This document shows positions 1-11,978 of a stretch of DNA of 64,000 bases, piece by piece. A program made the position numbers and the translations under genes. The notes below the pieces were generated by a model that worked only from the letters and a program-made list of their open reading frames with translations, searched no databases and had not been told where the DNA came from. Each line of letters starts with the position of its first letter. The stretch's first letter is position 1. Source of the DNA: Fistulifera solaris (Eukaryota); NCBI GenBank assembly GCA_030295235.1, contig AP026124.1, positions 1,860,001 to 1,924,000 of the forward strand. Direction: 5' to 3'.

Positions 1-898
1 CGGATGGACAGCCGTCCGCGACCTCTGCATCCGAGACGCTGTATAAAATTTGCACGGACATGTTAACAGGCCCTCCTTCTTTCACAGGATAATTACCGAA
101 TGCCATCATTAAATCATTGGGGAGCGGCTTTAGTACTTCGTGCAAGGTAAAATTCCGATTTGATTGAGGAGAGGTGCAAATTCGATTAATTACAAGACCA
201 TAGGTTCCATAGGGCGACTGACACTGACGGGACACATCCGTTTCACCGTCCTGGTGATCCAACAAACAGATGACAGTCCGCCGAAAGTACCCTTTCATAT
301 GCGGATGGGCCACTAGGAAGGTCCCGGGTTTCAGATAGGCACGTGGTGTAAGCGGTAATGGATGTACGTGTTTGGCAGCTTGGTGGGGGTGTCGCTGTAT
401 CATGCCTTTTCGCAGTCGTTCGGCCCATGAGATTTTTTTATTCATTTCTCGCAAGGCAAGAAACGCAACCTCACATCTCGTCTCTTCACTGTACATACTG
501 GATGCAGCAACACTTCCCTCATTCGTGTGATCCCTGCCTTTTACCGAAGTGCAGCGAAATTCTCGACGAATAAGATCGCGTAGCTGAATTCCACTGTCAC
601 ATTGCGAAGGGAATTGCATTTGTCGGATACCAAGTGTTCCCTTGCCGGAGATGAACTCCCGGAGAAGGCGGCGAAACAACTGATGATGTTCAGGAATAGG
701 ATCTTCATCTTCCGTGTCACTATCAGTGATTGGTGGATTGCGGAGAACTTCATCCCATTCGTCATCTTCGAATCCAGTTCTGTGAACTAAACAACGAAGT
801 GTTGTGGAAGCAACAGATTTATCATCAAAAGCTTTCGAGCTCTCGAGAAGCGAGCGATATAAGCGTCGATTAATGAGACGCTTGGCAAGCGATGCCAT
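1..898 (-). CDS. YqgE/AlgH (DUF179) family protein, 3' end runs off window
   Basis: Hand-translated open frame from ATG 898 to the window edge (absent from the ORF track): MASLAKRLINRRLY...PGTFLVAHPHMKGYFRRTVICLLDH...GTYGLVINR...VKEGGPV, matching DUF179 motifs. Confidence 0.75.
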   Translation of the reverse strand, partial: MASLAKRLINRRLYRSLLESSKAFDDKSVASTTLRCLVHRTGFEDDEWDEVLRNPPITDSDTEDEDPIPEHHQLFRRLLREFISGKGTLGIRQMQFPSQCDSGIQLRDLIRREFRCTSVKGRDHTNEGSVAASSMYSEETRCEVAFLALREMNKKISWAERLRKGMIQRHPHQAAKHVHPLPLTPRAYLKPGTFLVAHPHMKGYFRRTVICLLDHQDGETDVSRQCQSPYGTYGLVINRICTSPQSNRNFTLHEVLKPLPNDLMMAFGNYPVKEGGPVNMSVQILYSVSDAEVADGCPS

Positions 899-1796
899 GG
901 AGGTAAAGGTATTTGCAAGTAGCGCTTCGACAGCAACTCGGCCTTGCAAAAGTGCGAGGGGTTGCTTGTTTGTGAACATCATGGTCGTTATTTCATGCCG
1001 AAAAATCTTACCGGTACTAAATAAGTGGTTTGTGTTAAGGACTTTGTGTCCCTGTCCGTGTTCCGTGTCCCGCGAATGTTTCCCACCATGAGCCAGTGTA
1101 CTGTTTCTTTTATACTGAAACGGCTCGGCTCACGTCAGTACGGTACTCAAAGGGCAAGGAGACCCTAGTAAAAAAATAGCAGCTCCAACAGAAATCATTA
1201 TTATTTATTCACAGCGCACAGCAAAGGGCACAGGAGATCGTCAACGACCGACGACGACCCTCCGCTCAATTTTTCACCGCATTCGACCCAATGGCGAATT
1301 GATTCCTTTGAGAGCGTCTCTCTCTATCCAACACCGACGAAATAAAACACACCCGACAAACACAGAGAGGCCAGTCGTTCACGAAAAATTGCATTGGCTG
1401 TGTTCTGTTTTCGAACGGGAGAAAATCGGATAGAAGGGATTGTATTGTGGAGCTCAGTAATTGGCAATCGATCATCGTACTTTACGAGCCCAGTTTCTTA
1501 AAAGGCACGACAAGTGGTAGCTTATCGGTTATTTTGCTGAGAAAAGCCTATAAACTTACGGGGATATTCTTTTCTGAGCGTTTTGTCGAAACATCGAACG
1601 GTCTTTTGACATTTTCCTATCATATCCAACAATTGCTATCATCTATCACATATGGTATTGGAATCATCATCTTGAGGCGGTGCATCTGGGTTTCTATTCG
1701 AGAGCAAGATTGTCTCCTTTTTGACGCCTAAATCAAAAAGATAACGACGGGAACACACTATTATATAGTTTCTTTTCTGTAAAAGCCACACTCATC

Positions 1797-2942
1797 ATGA
1801 GTGAGCGCATGATCGAACTCCAGCGCGCTCGCTTACTAGCAAGCAAAGGGGCTGCGAATAGTGCAGCTGTATCTTCCGGCGCAGCAGGAACAAATGGATC
1901 GCAAATAATATCACCAGTATCTGGTGCTCCTGCTATGGGGTCTGAAAGCGTAGCGAGCCACCAGACACCGCAGGAAGCTGCCCTTGCCGCCATGCGAACA
2001 GAAGACATGCATATGCAAATATTTTTGCACAAATTACAAGACCGCAATGACGCCAAAGCTCAGTCAACTTCGGGACCTACGGTTCCTGTCGTTCTTTCTC
2101 GACGCATGCTGCAAAGACAGGGAGTTGGATATTTGGACGAAACAGTTGCTGCCCTAGTATCGGGGGCCGCCGATCGATTTTTGGGGTCAGTTCTTCAACA
2201 GGCCATGGTATGTCGTGGTCAGCGTTTAAAAGGCGCCGAAATGGCCAAAGAAGCCCGAAATCGTCGCAAGCGACACATTGCTCAATACGACGCCGACACG
2301 GCAGAGCGAAGGCGGCGGAAACAAGAAAGGGAAGAACAACGGGAAAAAAGACAATCTAGCGGCAATAAGTGCTGCTGAGGCGCTCAAAAAGGGTCGAAAC
2401 GTACCGACAATCTTGAAAGTCCATCTAAATCGAAGAAGAAAAAACAAGTCGAACTATCGAAGAATGGTAATGGCGCTAAACTGAAAAATGATAATACAGC
2501 ATCCGATGGAGATGATGAGTCCTACGACTCAATAGACGAAGAAGAGGATTATTACCGAGACACTTATGGTGATGCCTCTTTCGGAGAGAGTCAAGACGTC
2601 GAAGAAGACGAAGATGACACGCTAATACTCCGTGATCTTTCTCGTCCGCTGGAAGCTTGGGGATTTAGCCTTGACGGTAAGGCAGGAATGGAACCATTGG
2701 CAGCTGACGAAAGTGATGAAGATGACGATAATTCTGAAAGTGCAGAAGATGTAGACGAGGGAAACGAAAGCAACGACGATGACGAGAGCGACGAAGATAT
2801 GAATGTCGACAGTGAGACCAAGAAATCGACACAAAAAGCATCGAATGCTGCAAAATCTCCTGATACGGAAAAGGGCTCTCGCAAAACTGCCGCTTCGCCT
2901 AAGCCGCAATCAAGGGCTCCAACCCCGGTGAAATTAAATTGA
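1797..2942 (+). CDS. TAF10: TFIID subunit TAF10-like histone-fold protein (frameshift ~2345)
   Basis: FLHKL...PTVPVVLSRRMLQRQGVGYLDETVAALVSGAADRFLGSVLQQA, then after a frame change in the A-run, TLILRDLSRPLEAWG; resembles the TAF10 PTIP...DxR...QKF and TLTxEDLxxALxEYG motifs. Confidence 0.65.
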
Positions 2943-3057
2943 ATTGTCGTGTCTTCTGTAGCTAAATATCGTATTCAAATGAAGGTTTATAAGTCTTTGG
3001 TTTCATTTGGCATCAACAGACTGTATAGATTAATTAATCACGCAAGTACGAAAGATT

Positions 3058-4630
3058 TCATCTTCGGCGTCCATTTTCGTCCCAGGATCGCTTACGAGAG
3101 TAATCCTCCCTTCCGCCCCATTGTTGCGTGTGCCCGCCCCGACCTCCACGCCCTCCATACTGATCAACGTTACCTCTTCCTCCGCGTCCTCCGTACTGAT
3201 CAGCGCCACCTCTTCCTCCACGTCCTCCGTGCAAATCGGAAGCTCGACCCCGTCCGCCTCCGCGCCTGTACCCTGGATCATGTTGTTCGTAACCGTACGC
3301 GTGCTGTACAGGAGGGAACTCAGGAGGATAACTGTTGCCCTGGTCACGATGACGATGACTGCGACTGCCCCCAGGTGCTTCGCCGTGATGATGGCCATAG
3401 TAGCTTGCATCGTTTCTACCATGTCCGTAATGCGCATTCGCGTCGCTATTGTTGTAGGCACTGTCACCATAGTCCGAAGTTCGCTCATCAGCGGGCCTAT
3501 GGTACGAATGGTAGGCAGGCTCTGAGGCCCTTTCGTCGGCTTCTTCCTCATTCTGCAGCTTATGTTCTGATTGATGTACAGCGAAAGAGTCATCTTGCTG
3601 CTCTTGCTGTGCAATTAATTTCGCCAACACAGAATCAGGCGCCGCCCCTGCCCCCAAGCACCACCGATGTCGGAAGGTAGATCGATATCAAGGTGATCAT
3701 CGCGTTTGGCAGTCAACGGTTGTTCATTCTCCATGATGATGCTTTCGGGACGTTCAGGTCCCATGCTAGTCATGGCAGCAGCGTCTAGATTCCTATCCGT
3801 ATCCCCGTCAATGTTGTTGTCCCCGTTCCCATCTCCTTCTTCCCCAGATGTAATATCTTTCGCTTGCGTTGAAGGTTCTCTTGGCGTGACGGGCACCAAC
3901 GTTGGGTCAGGTTTGCGTTTTTGTCGACGAGCATCGATGAGTTCCTGACGTATGATAAGTTGCTGCTCAGAATACTCTAACCATTCCTCTTCTGTCAAGC
4001 CATAATTGAAAAAGTCTGAAACATCACCGTTCCCACGAAGCCACGGTTTGTCTTCAATTTGATCGAAGCGAATATCAAAAGCCGTCCTTTTCGAAAACAA
4101 CATAGCATCTCTCCCAGCATTCTCTTCACTTTCCCGTCGCCTGGCTAATTCCTTTGCTTCCTCGAGCTTCCGCTGCTTTTCTTGCAATAACCGAGCAGCA
4201 CGTTCTGCTGGATCTAATTTGGCCAACTCTTCTTCCTCCAACTGTCGCTTCTGCTCAGGAGTCAGGGTGTTTCCTGTCTCGTCTGTCTCTTCAACAGCTC
4301 GCGTCCACTGTCGCTTTGGTTGCACTAAAGGCTGATGCAAACCTCTCCGCATCATTCCCATTCGAGATCCTGTGAGTATGACTTCAATCTTGTTTCCTTC
4401 AGGATCTTCATCCCCACTTTCCGATCCATCCGAAACGTAAATATCCTCTTGAATTATCTCGCCTGAATGAGATGTCACGGCATATCCCGAGCTCTGCTGC
4501 TGTTTACTATCTCCTTCATCCGTTTTGATGTCATCCTTTTGGTGAAATCTTCGTTGCTGCTCTCCGCATAAGCAGTCGCGACATCTTCTTCAGGATCATC
4601 GGACGCGGTTTTTCTTTTCTTTCGGCCCAT
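3058..4630 (-). CDS. FIP1: Pre-mRNA polyadenylation factor FIP1-like (frameshifts ~4540, ~3650)
   Basis: Fip1 motif FDIRFDQIEDKPWLRGNGDVSDFFNYGLTEEEWLEYSEQQ; acidic N-terminus; RGG-rich C-terminus (ORF 3058-3657). Confidence 0.85.
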
Positions 4631-5131
4631 TGCTAATCTTTACGTCTACAAGAGTTTTGTCTAGTTTTATCAAATGAAAGCGACAAGACTGAACACACTC
4701 GCAAGGTTCTATACTAATAGATGATTAAAACTCAATCATCATCAATCGCAGATAATCGTATCAATCACCGTCTCGCGTCTCGCCTCTGCAAGTCGGAGCA
4801 GCGAATTCACATGCGGAGGAGAAAAATAAGGCGGTACCAAGTCTATCTCGAACCTCAATGCTGGATGGAGGGCTTTTCAAACGGTCATTTAACGTCTTTG
4901 CTTTAAATATCATATTTAATGTAGGAGGAAATCAACAGTCAAAAGAACGCGAATAAGAAGTTTTAGTCGCAGCATGTCACCAAATGGCCGGCGCGCGTAC
5001 GGCGAAAAATCAAATGCATGCATGCAAAAGCAGCCTCTACCATCTACACATTCCTCTCTCATCAATGCTATCAGAAAGCTCTTGCATCCAAATACTTGTG
5101 TCAAAAGTACCGTATAAACGTTAATCGAAAC

Positions 5132-6019
5132 ATGACTTTAGAGGATGAGACAACTGTTCGAGTTATAGCACCAGCTACGCTCGAGGAGGGATATCAATTC
5201 GACGTTTTGGTATACGGAAAACCTTACACCATTACCGTACCTGTAGGCGGTGTTTACGAAGGCGAAGAGTTTGAAGTTCCTTACGACAAAGACAACATCG
5301 TCACTGACGGATATGATGATGAATATACTCGTGAAGGAGGGACCCTCCCAGCTCATTCGTCAAGCCAGGACGTCGAGGAAGGGGAAGAACACGAGAACGG
5401 ACAAAAAAAAGACAGTCTTGGAGATGCGTCCATTCCACGACGAGATGCTTTGGGGGCACCACTTGGACGTTGGCGCTATAGGGTGTGTGCCTGCTGTGAT
5501 GTTCTCACCCAAGCTACTTTTTGGATGGCCTTTTGCTGTACACCCGTGTTACTAGCCCAACTCTTAACGCGTTTGCAACTGAATTGGAACGGCCAGGCTG
5601 CGAGATCAGCCGCTGAGGCAAGCCTCACTTTCAATCGAATAGTTCTGAGCTTTGTGGCAGTTTTGGTCTTTGGTCAGTTTACTCCAGGGATAAGTCCGAT
5701 CATCGTCTTTGCCTATCTATTTTTGCTTCTCGTTTTCGTCGGCAGCAACCTAAGAAAGACGATGAGAAAGAGATACGAAATCAAAACAGCAACAAACTTG
5801 AAATGCTGCTGCTTTTGTATGAAAGAAGAGTCATTCACGGTCGAGGACGCAGTGTGCATGAGTGTTTGTGGATGCTGTTCCCTCGTTCAGATGGCTCGAC
5901 ATACCCACGATGACAAGGAATACCCAGGGTTCTGTTGCACGACCACTGGCCTCGAACTAGATGCTCCAGCTGTTCCGATTCTATTTAAAGTCCAACCGCA
6001 AAAGAAGTACAGCATGTAA
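5132..6019 (+). CDS. PLAC8 family Cys-rich membrane protein
   Basis: GRWRYRVCACCD...CCTPVLLAQ...LRKTMRKRYEI...DAVCMSVCGCCSLVQMARH. Confidence 0.85.
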   Translation: MTLEDETTVRVIAPATLEEGYQFDVLVYGKPYTITVPVGGVYEGEEFEVPYDKDNIVTDGYDDEYTREGGTLPAHSSSQDVEEGEEHENGQKKDSLGDASIPRRDALGAPLGRWRYRVCACCDVLTQATFWMAFCCTPVLLAQLLTRLQLNWNGQAARSAAEASLTFNRIVLSFVAVLVFGQFTPGISPIIVFAYLFLLLVFVGSNLRKTMRKRYEIKTATNLKCCCFCMKEESFTVEDAVCMSVCGCCSLVQMARHTHDDKEYPGFCCTTTGLELDAPAVPILFKVQPQKKYSM

Positions 6020-6189
6020 TACATTCGATTCGCCTCCTTCAAACAACGCTGCGCCACAAAAACAAGCCACCGATGGACACGCATCATGCCCATCACAGAA
6101 ATAAATGCTGATGACCGACTATCCACTCACTTTAATAAAAGTATCTTAAAATTATCTAGCTGCAAAGTGAAGCAGTAGTCCTTTCACCT

Positions 6190-6822
6190 TAAAGACAGAA
6201 CTTTGTGATATGGAGTCTTCAAGTGCACATAAATCTGAGTGTCTTCACGTTCACAGAACATCTCTGCAAGTGGTGTCTTCATGTGGTGTCTTCATGTTCA
6301 CAGAACATATGTGCATGTGGTGGTGGAACGTGTGTCTTCACGTCCACAGAAAATCAGTGGATGTGGTGTCTTCACGTCTTCACGTTCAAAGAAAATTTGT
6401 GAGTGAGGTAACTTTTCGTATACTGAATATCTGTGAATGCTCTCTTTCGTTACTAACAGAAATTCTGTGTGATGTTGTGTCTTCGCTTGCATAAATCATA
6501 GATGAGAATCTTTTCATGTTGTGTTTAACGTCCACAGAAAATATGTGGATGTCCGTGCATGTGGTGGTGTCTTGACTTGCACAGATCACAGAAAATCTGT
6601 GGAAGTTGTCTTCACGTACCTCTAGAAAATCTGCAGGTCTAGTTTTGTCATCTGCACAGGAAACCTGGTCATGCGGTGTAGGCAAGCATACAGAAAATCT
6701 GTGGATCAATGATATCCAAACAGACAGGAATTCTGTCTGTTGTTGTTCACTTCAACAGACAAATTGTGCATGTTGTGTTTTCATGTGCACAGAAAATCTC
6801 TGCATGTGGTAGCTTTACGTGG
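6190..6822 (+). repeat. Degenerate tandem array of a ~34-bp unit (repeat family A)
   Basis: Many decayed copies of consensus GTGGTGTCTTCACGTGCACAGAAAATCTGTGCAT; the core CACAGA-AAA-TCTGTG is palindromic. Confidence 0.85.
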
Positions 6823-7280
6823 AATGAATACTAAGTACGAAGTAAGCTTTAGACTCAAGTGATTCATTCCCCGTCATTCGTCATACCAACAAGTGCACTT
6901 CAAAAAAAAATTTCAGTAATGGTACGACATTTACAATTTTTTGTGGCAGTTGAATTTCTCTCTGCGCTAAAGAGTGCAAGCAGGCACCGACCCGCGGAGT
7001 GCACGCTCAAAACCACGGAGGGAGCAAAAAAGGACGAAAGCCTCGACGAAACGGACGAAAGTTACTTGTTGCTGATGACCGCAAGGTTACTGTTAAAAGA
7101 CTATAAAGTTTGACAATCAAGCAAGATCAGTCTCCCTTTCTTCTCTTGAGCAGCCTACCCCTGAAAGTCCGATTGTGTACGCTTTATTAGGGGAAACAAC
7201 GGAGCAAACCGAAGAGTTACGTGGATACTTTCCAATAGATCCTCTTTCTTTTCAGTTTCGAAGAATCATCGCCGTGCAAG

Positions 7281-9397
7281 ATGGATTTCTCTGTTGTGGC
7301 AGCAGTCGGCTCGTTTTTTATGTCAGAGCGTGTCCTAAAGCCTAAGGCGACAGTTTTGGTTCTTCTGGGATGCGTACTGACGTATGACTTGACAACAAAG
7401 ACTCACGACGTGGCCAGTTTGCGAGTCTACCGAGGTAAGTAGACTGTTGGCAGCATTGATTTTATGGCAAGAGGCGCGAGCTAATTCAGTTTGATGACGA
7501 AAGGACCGGCACTGCTGGCCTTCACCTTGATGATGGTTGCCTTTTCTTTGCGGACTTGGAGGCGAAATGGAGTTGCTTGTGATGAGTTATTATTTTTGCC
7601 GGGCACGTGGTATGCAGAATCACAAAGAGCTAGCAATGAGGTGCCTTCGGCGGAAGGTGATCTAGCAGGTGGACCAGCATGGAACTTGGATTCGGCTGAG
7701 CCTATCATGGAAATGACAAATCAGGTTACAAGTACGAGTCGCCATCGTGCCCGCTCACTGTCACGCGATAGCTCCCTTTCTTCGATTAGAGAATTTGCAA
7801 AAGCTGGGACGACGAGGAAAACTCCCCAGAAAACGACCTTGAGCGCGTTCCACTAAGTGTTAATGAACAAGATATAAGGAGAACGGGAAGTAATGTTACG
7901 GTGGCAAGGAGTCCGGAGGGTTCCAATGAAATCGTGCACCCACCAGATGCTGTAGATCGTTTTCGCGAGAATCACCCAAGGATCACAGGTCTTGGAAGTT
8001 TCTTCTTTTTCGCAACTCGACAACTAGCACACAAAGTGCGGCGTACGCCCCTTCTGGCCCTTCGGTGGTCGGTGCTGCCCTTGATCTCTCAATGCCAATT
8101 TTGTTCAATTTTCATCTGTTCATTGAAGCTTTCAACCATTACGACAATCACGGTGGACCCGAAACACCAGCAAAAATACTTCCTTTGATTTTTCTAAGTG
8201 TCTTGCTGGTACGGACAACCATACCACCGGGACGTCGAGGTCGATTTTGGGGAACAATGATGTTCGTTTTCATGGCGCCACTTCACGCCAGCCAGTTTCG
8301 TGACTCCTATTTGGGCGACGTGGTGACATCTCTAGTGCGCCCATTACAGGACGTAATGTTTGCCTTGGCTTATTACGTCACAGTCGTTTATGGAAGCTTG
8401 TCGGGGGACTATGGATTGTCGGACAGCGGCAGAATCCTCGGGTCGAGTCGCATTCTACATAATGTGGTGTTGCCCTCTTGTTCTCTTCTGCCTCTATGGT
8501 GGAAGTTTTTGCAAACACTGCGGGAATGCTACGATACAGAGAAGCGCTGGCCTCATTTGGGAAATGCTTTTAAATATTTGTCGGCAGCGTTAGTGATAAT
8601 GTATGGAATGACCCATCCCGAGGAACGATGGGGTCCGCAATGGATTTGTGCATTCATAGCTGCGTTGGTCTATCAAATCTGGTGGGATACAATCATGGAT
8701 TGGGAGCTCTTCGTCGTAGTTCCACGACAAGAGGAGCATCTCGCAGAAAGCACCTGTTTCACGCGTATATCGTCAGTCAGACCCAACTCGTACTTTCTCT
8801 TGAATCTACAGCGTTACATCATTCAACCCACACGTGATATCATATGGCTTGCATTGAGCTATTTACCAAGTTGGAAGCAGATTCAGTTAAGGCCACAGAG
8901 ACTTTACAAGGGGGGAGGCATTTTATTGGAGAATCTTTGCATACAACTGTATTTTCCGAGCAGCATGGATGCTATGCTTCATTCCCTCATACCACCTCGA
9001 CGGAAGAAGTTTCAGCGCTGACACCCACACATATGTTGGAGTCCTATTACCAGTCATTGAAATTTTACGACGAACATTTTGGGGCTTTTTGCTCTTGGAA
9101 GTCAGGACAATTCAGATGACTAATTCCGCGGGAGCTTACAATTCTGTTGAATGCCGAGAAGATGCAGATGTATCCGTAGACTCAGATGACAACAGCAAGC
9201 ATGGAGCGCGACAGTTTCTTCCTTCGTGGCTTGGTAATCAGCAGCAGCTACACCAGGATGCTGCGACAATTTCGTCTAGGGTCAATATGAAAGATCTTTT
9301 TGAATTTGACGAAGCAACACGACACAAACTATTCCTTGCTGAGCTGTCGACATGGGCGCTTGCATTTATTGGATTGGGGCTATGGGTAACTACGTGA
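7281..9397 (+). CDS. EXS (ERD1/XPR1/SYG1) family membrane protein; intron from ~7435, frameshifts
   Basis: FRDSYLGDVVTSLVRP, LPLWWKFLQTLRECYD, WPHLGNAFKY, WWDTIMDW, EILRRTFWGFLLLE; start codon uncertain. Confidence 0.85.
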
Positions 9398-9782
9398 GGG
9401 GGGCGGTTGTGGGAAACGACATTGAAACAGACGGCTTTCGGCAAAAGATAAACACTCAGCAAGACGCAATCTTTCGAACCAAACCACATGTGTCTCATGA
9501 TTACTTAAAATCATGCATATGGTCTTTTCCGTTCCTCTCTTTTTGACGCACCCTGGCAAATCGAGCTGTTTCGCATCTGTCCAAAGGTCTGAGTTTGACG
9601 GAGTGTCACTTAAGGCGTCCGACTAAATGGTACAAATTAGACAAAAGTAACAGCCAATGCCAACGATTCGTTGATTGATTAGTTAGCCAAAAGAAGTTCC
9701 CTAATCACGATGCAGTCATCTTCAACAGATTGTGCATGCTTCGTTTTTAACTTGTCCCCATAATTTGTACTGTTATTCTATT

Positions 9783-10058
9783 AGCCCATAGTGAACCCGA
9801 CCTTTCGCCCCGACTGCATTTCAGCCATGAATGCGAGTGTTTCGAGTCAGAATGCGAATTAAAGTCCTTTCGTTTTTGCTACATTTATCTTGACTTGCAT
9901 AATAACTATATACACGTCTCGATTCATGCTTCCATGCTGATGATCCTGTTTCCAATTTACTACCAGGTACCGGTACCAGTATCCAGTATGGCCTCAAAGT
10001 GTCCGCGACGTTTCACCACGACTGCATTTCAGTCATGAATCATGATGTTTCCGAGCCC
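9783..10058 (+). repeat. Two copies of a ~60-bp dispersed element (repeat family B)
   Basis: 9811 cgactgcatttcagccatgaat and 10019 cgactgcatttcagtcatgaat, with shared flanks. Confidence 0.7.
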
Positions 10059-10123
10059 GACACTCTCCAGGAGTCGGCTATCAGCATGCTGCATGCTGCA
10101 TTATTGTGTGCCAAATTTCCATC

Positions 10124-11188
10124 ATGCCTCAGATGAATCGTTTTGTGCGTCTTAGACTAACAAAACTCGCAAAAGACTTCGTGCTCTTTCTTCTAGTAGC
10201 TCTCTTCGAGCGCCCCCGCGTGACATCTTTGTCTCTGTCGACGACACGACGACAGATTCTACTCCAACCAATCGTTCTGGGGTCTTTGATAACACCACAA
10301 AACGCAAACGCCGCCAGAGGAGCAGCCGAACTGGATTTCGAGTTTTATGTTCGTGACTTGATCGGTGGGAACCGTCCTGAGGGGAATGTACAAGCTTCTA
10401 CTCTTCCGACACTGGCACCTCCCAGGACGCTCTCGCTATTCTTTGAGAAAATTTTGAACAAAGAATGTTCAATCGAATGTTTAGCCACGCAACAACTGAT
10501 CGCACAGATCCAGAGACGAGAGAAAAAACGTGAAACTACCTTTTTGGAAAAAGAGATCCAACGACAAGTGCAGACGATTCGAGAAGGTGCTAGGAAGAGC
10601 TTCTTTAGTAGAGCTCCTTGGGAAAGTGAAACCATGACAGATCAGTACTTCTTTGATTTGACAGCTTACTCATTTTGGAAAACAGCTGCTGTCATGCTTC
10701 CTAATTTTGCGGATCGAGACATGTTTGTGCGCAATGTAGGTCGCTCTATCTACACGAGCCTCAGGGACGAAGGCCTTCTCAAGACAAAATGCAGAGATGA
10801 AAGTCTGTCGAGCTGCATTCCATGTGTCGTGGAAGTGTTGGACTTTTTTGTTTCAACCAACTTTTGCAAGGCATATCGGCTGGGCGAAAAGGTTGATGAC
10901 GAGTATCTCTTTTTGGACGACATTGACAACCAAGCGTGGTCGAAAGGTGTCTCGGTGGATTGCTTACTGAGCATCTTTGAATCGGCAACACTGGGGTCGA
11001 GTTTGCAGATAACTGGCGAGCAATCCCGATTCATTCCGGACTTAGTGGGTCCCACCATTGCCGCTGTATGGGATCCACAATCCTCCGTCCAATGGGAGAG
11101 TTACTTTGTGGATCCCGAGTACCGTCCCAATCCAAAGGATTACTTTCCGAACGAACAACTATTTCAATACACTTTGGCGAAACGATGA
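10124..11188 (+). CDS. Hypothetical protein, probably plastid/thylakoid-lumen targeted
   Basis: Long ORF; hydrophobic signal-like stretch, S/T-rich spacer, then TRRQILL...NANA (twin-arginine motif plus AxA site). Confidence 0.6.
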   Translation: MPQMNRFVRLRLTKLAKDFVLFLLVALFERPRVTSLSLSTTRRQILLQPIVLGSLITPQNANAARGAAELDFEFYVRDLIGGNRPEGNVQASTLPTLAPPRTLSLFFEKILNKECSIECLATQQLIAQIQRREKKRETTFLEKEIQRQVQTIREGARKSFFSRAPWESETMTDQYFFDLTAYSFWKTAAVMLPNFADRDMFVRNVGRSIYTSLRDEGLLKTKCRDESLSSCIPCVVEVLDFFVSTNFCKAYRLGEKVDDEYLFLDDIDNQAWSKGVSVDCLLSIFESATLGSSLQITGEQSRFIPDLVGPTIAAVWDPQSSVQWESYFVDPEYRPNPKDYFPNEQLFQYTLAKR

Positions 11189-11378
11189 TGACGACGTTGC
11201 GACAACTACATGGGTCACAACAGGATGATGTTGCCATGGTGCGATGACTATAATCGCTGCACATTTATTTATTGTCTATAAATAATCAGCTATCGTCATC
11301 AACTTGTGCGCATTCTAATAAGTTTATCTATAAATCTATTATTTTTGCTTGAATATCGTCTGAAATCCAGCGCGTTCT

Positions 11379-11978
11379 TTATTTAACTGCGATGGGTGCA
11401 ATCGTGGGGGCTGACATTGGTTGTTCTTTGGGCAAGGATGATTGACTGGCTTCGGTCGACAGAGCCTGTTGTTGCATGTTCCGACTCGCCTCACGTCCTC
11501 GATACGTCCCAGCCTTTACGACTGCTTGTACGTGATGCTGTAAATGCGTCGCATAGAACTTTCCTGCCTTGGTTCGATACCGAATGCTGGCAGTGGGCGA
11601 CGATCGACCGAGATGATGGCGTTCAAAAAAACCTTCCAATTGGGCGTTTCCTCCCTCCAGTAGGTTCAGTATTTGCGCATGCGTCCAGGCGTCCATGCCA
11701 ATGGATCGAACAACGGACGTGCCGACTCCGTACGAGCGGTGGCGGCCACTGCACTGGAGGCAGACGAGTACACCAAAGGTCACCGATGCCCATTCCGGAT
11801 GATTGCGACCGCAATCCATGCAACGCTGATTGCCGGGGAGTGATCGTACGAAACGACGGCATGCGGGAGGAATGGGGGCTGCGCTGTCGGGGCGGTTGTG
11901 ATGGATGCGAAAATGCTCCAGTTCATTAGCAGCATCGGCGAGTAGTTGGGGGCACACATTCTCGTTGGTCATCATGGT
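11379..11978 (-). CDS. ArfGAP domain protein
   Basis: GNQRCMDCGRNHPEWASVTFGVLVCLQCSGRHRSYG...SVVRSIGMDAW (CxxC-x16-CxxC-x4-R). Confidence 0.92.
   Translation of the reverse strand, partial: TMMTNENVCPQLLADAANELEHFRIHHNRPDSAAPIPPACRRFVRSLPGNQRCMDCGRNHPEWASVTFGVLVCLQCSGRHRSYGVGTSVVRSIGMDAWTHAQILNLLEGGNAQLEGFFERHHLGRSSPTASIRYRTKAGKFYATHLQHHVQAVVKAGTYRGREASRNMQQQALSTEASQSSLPKEQPMSAPTIAPIAVK

Noticed and set aside
2949..3680. 243-aa + strand ORF and other overlapping ORFs
   Set aside because: Antisense or alternate frames of the FIP1 RGG-rich tail
6190..6822. CRISPR-like array (palindromic ~34-bp repeats)
   Set aside because: Units are degenerate and largely abutting, with no constant-length unique spacers and no cas genes; eukaryotic context
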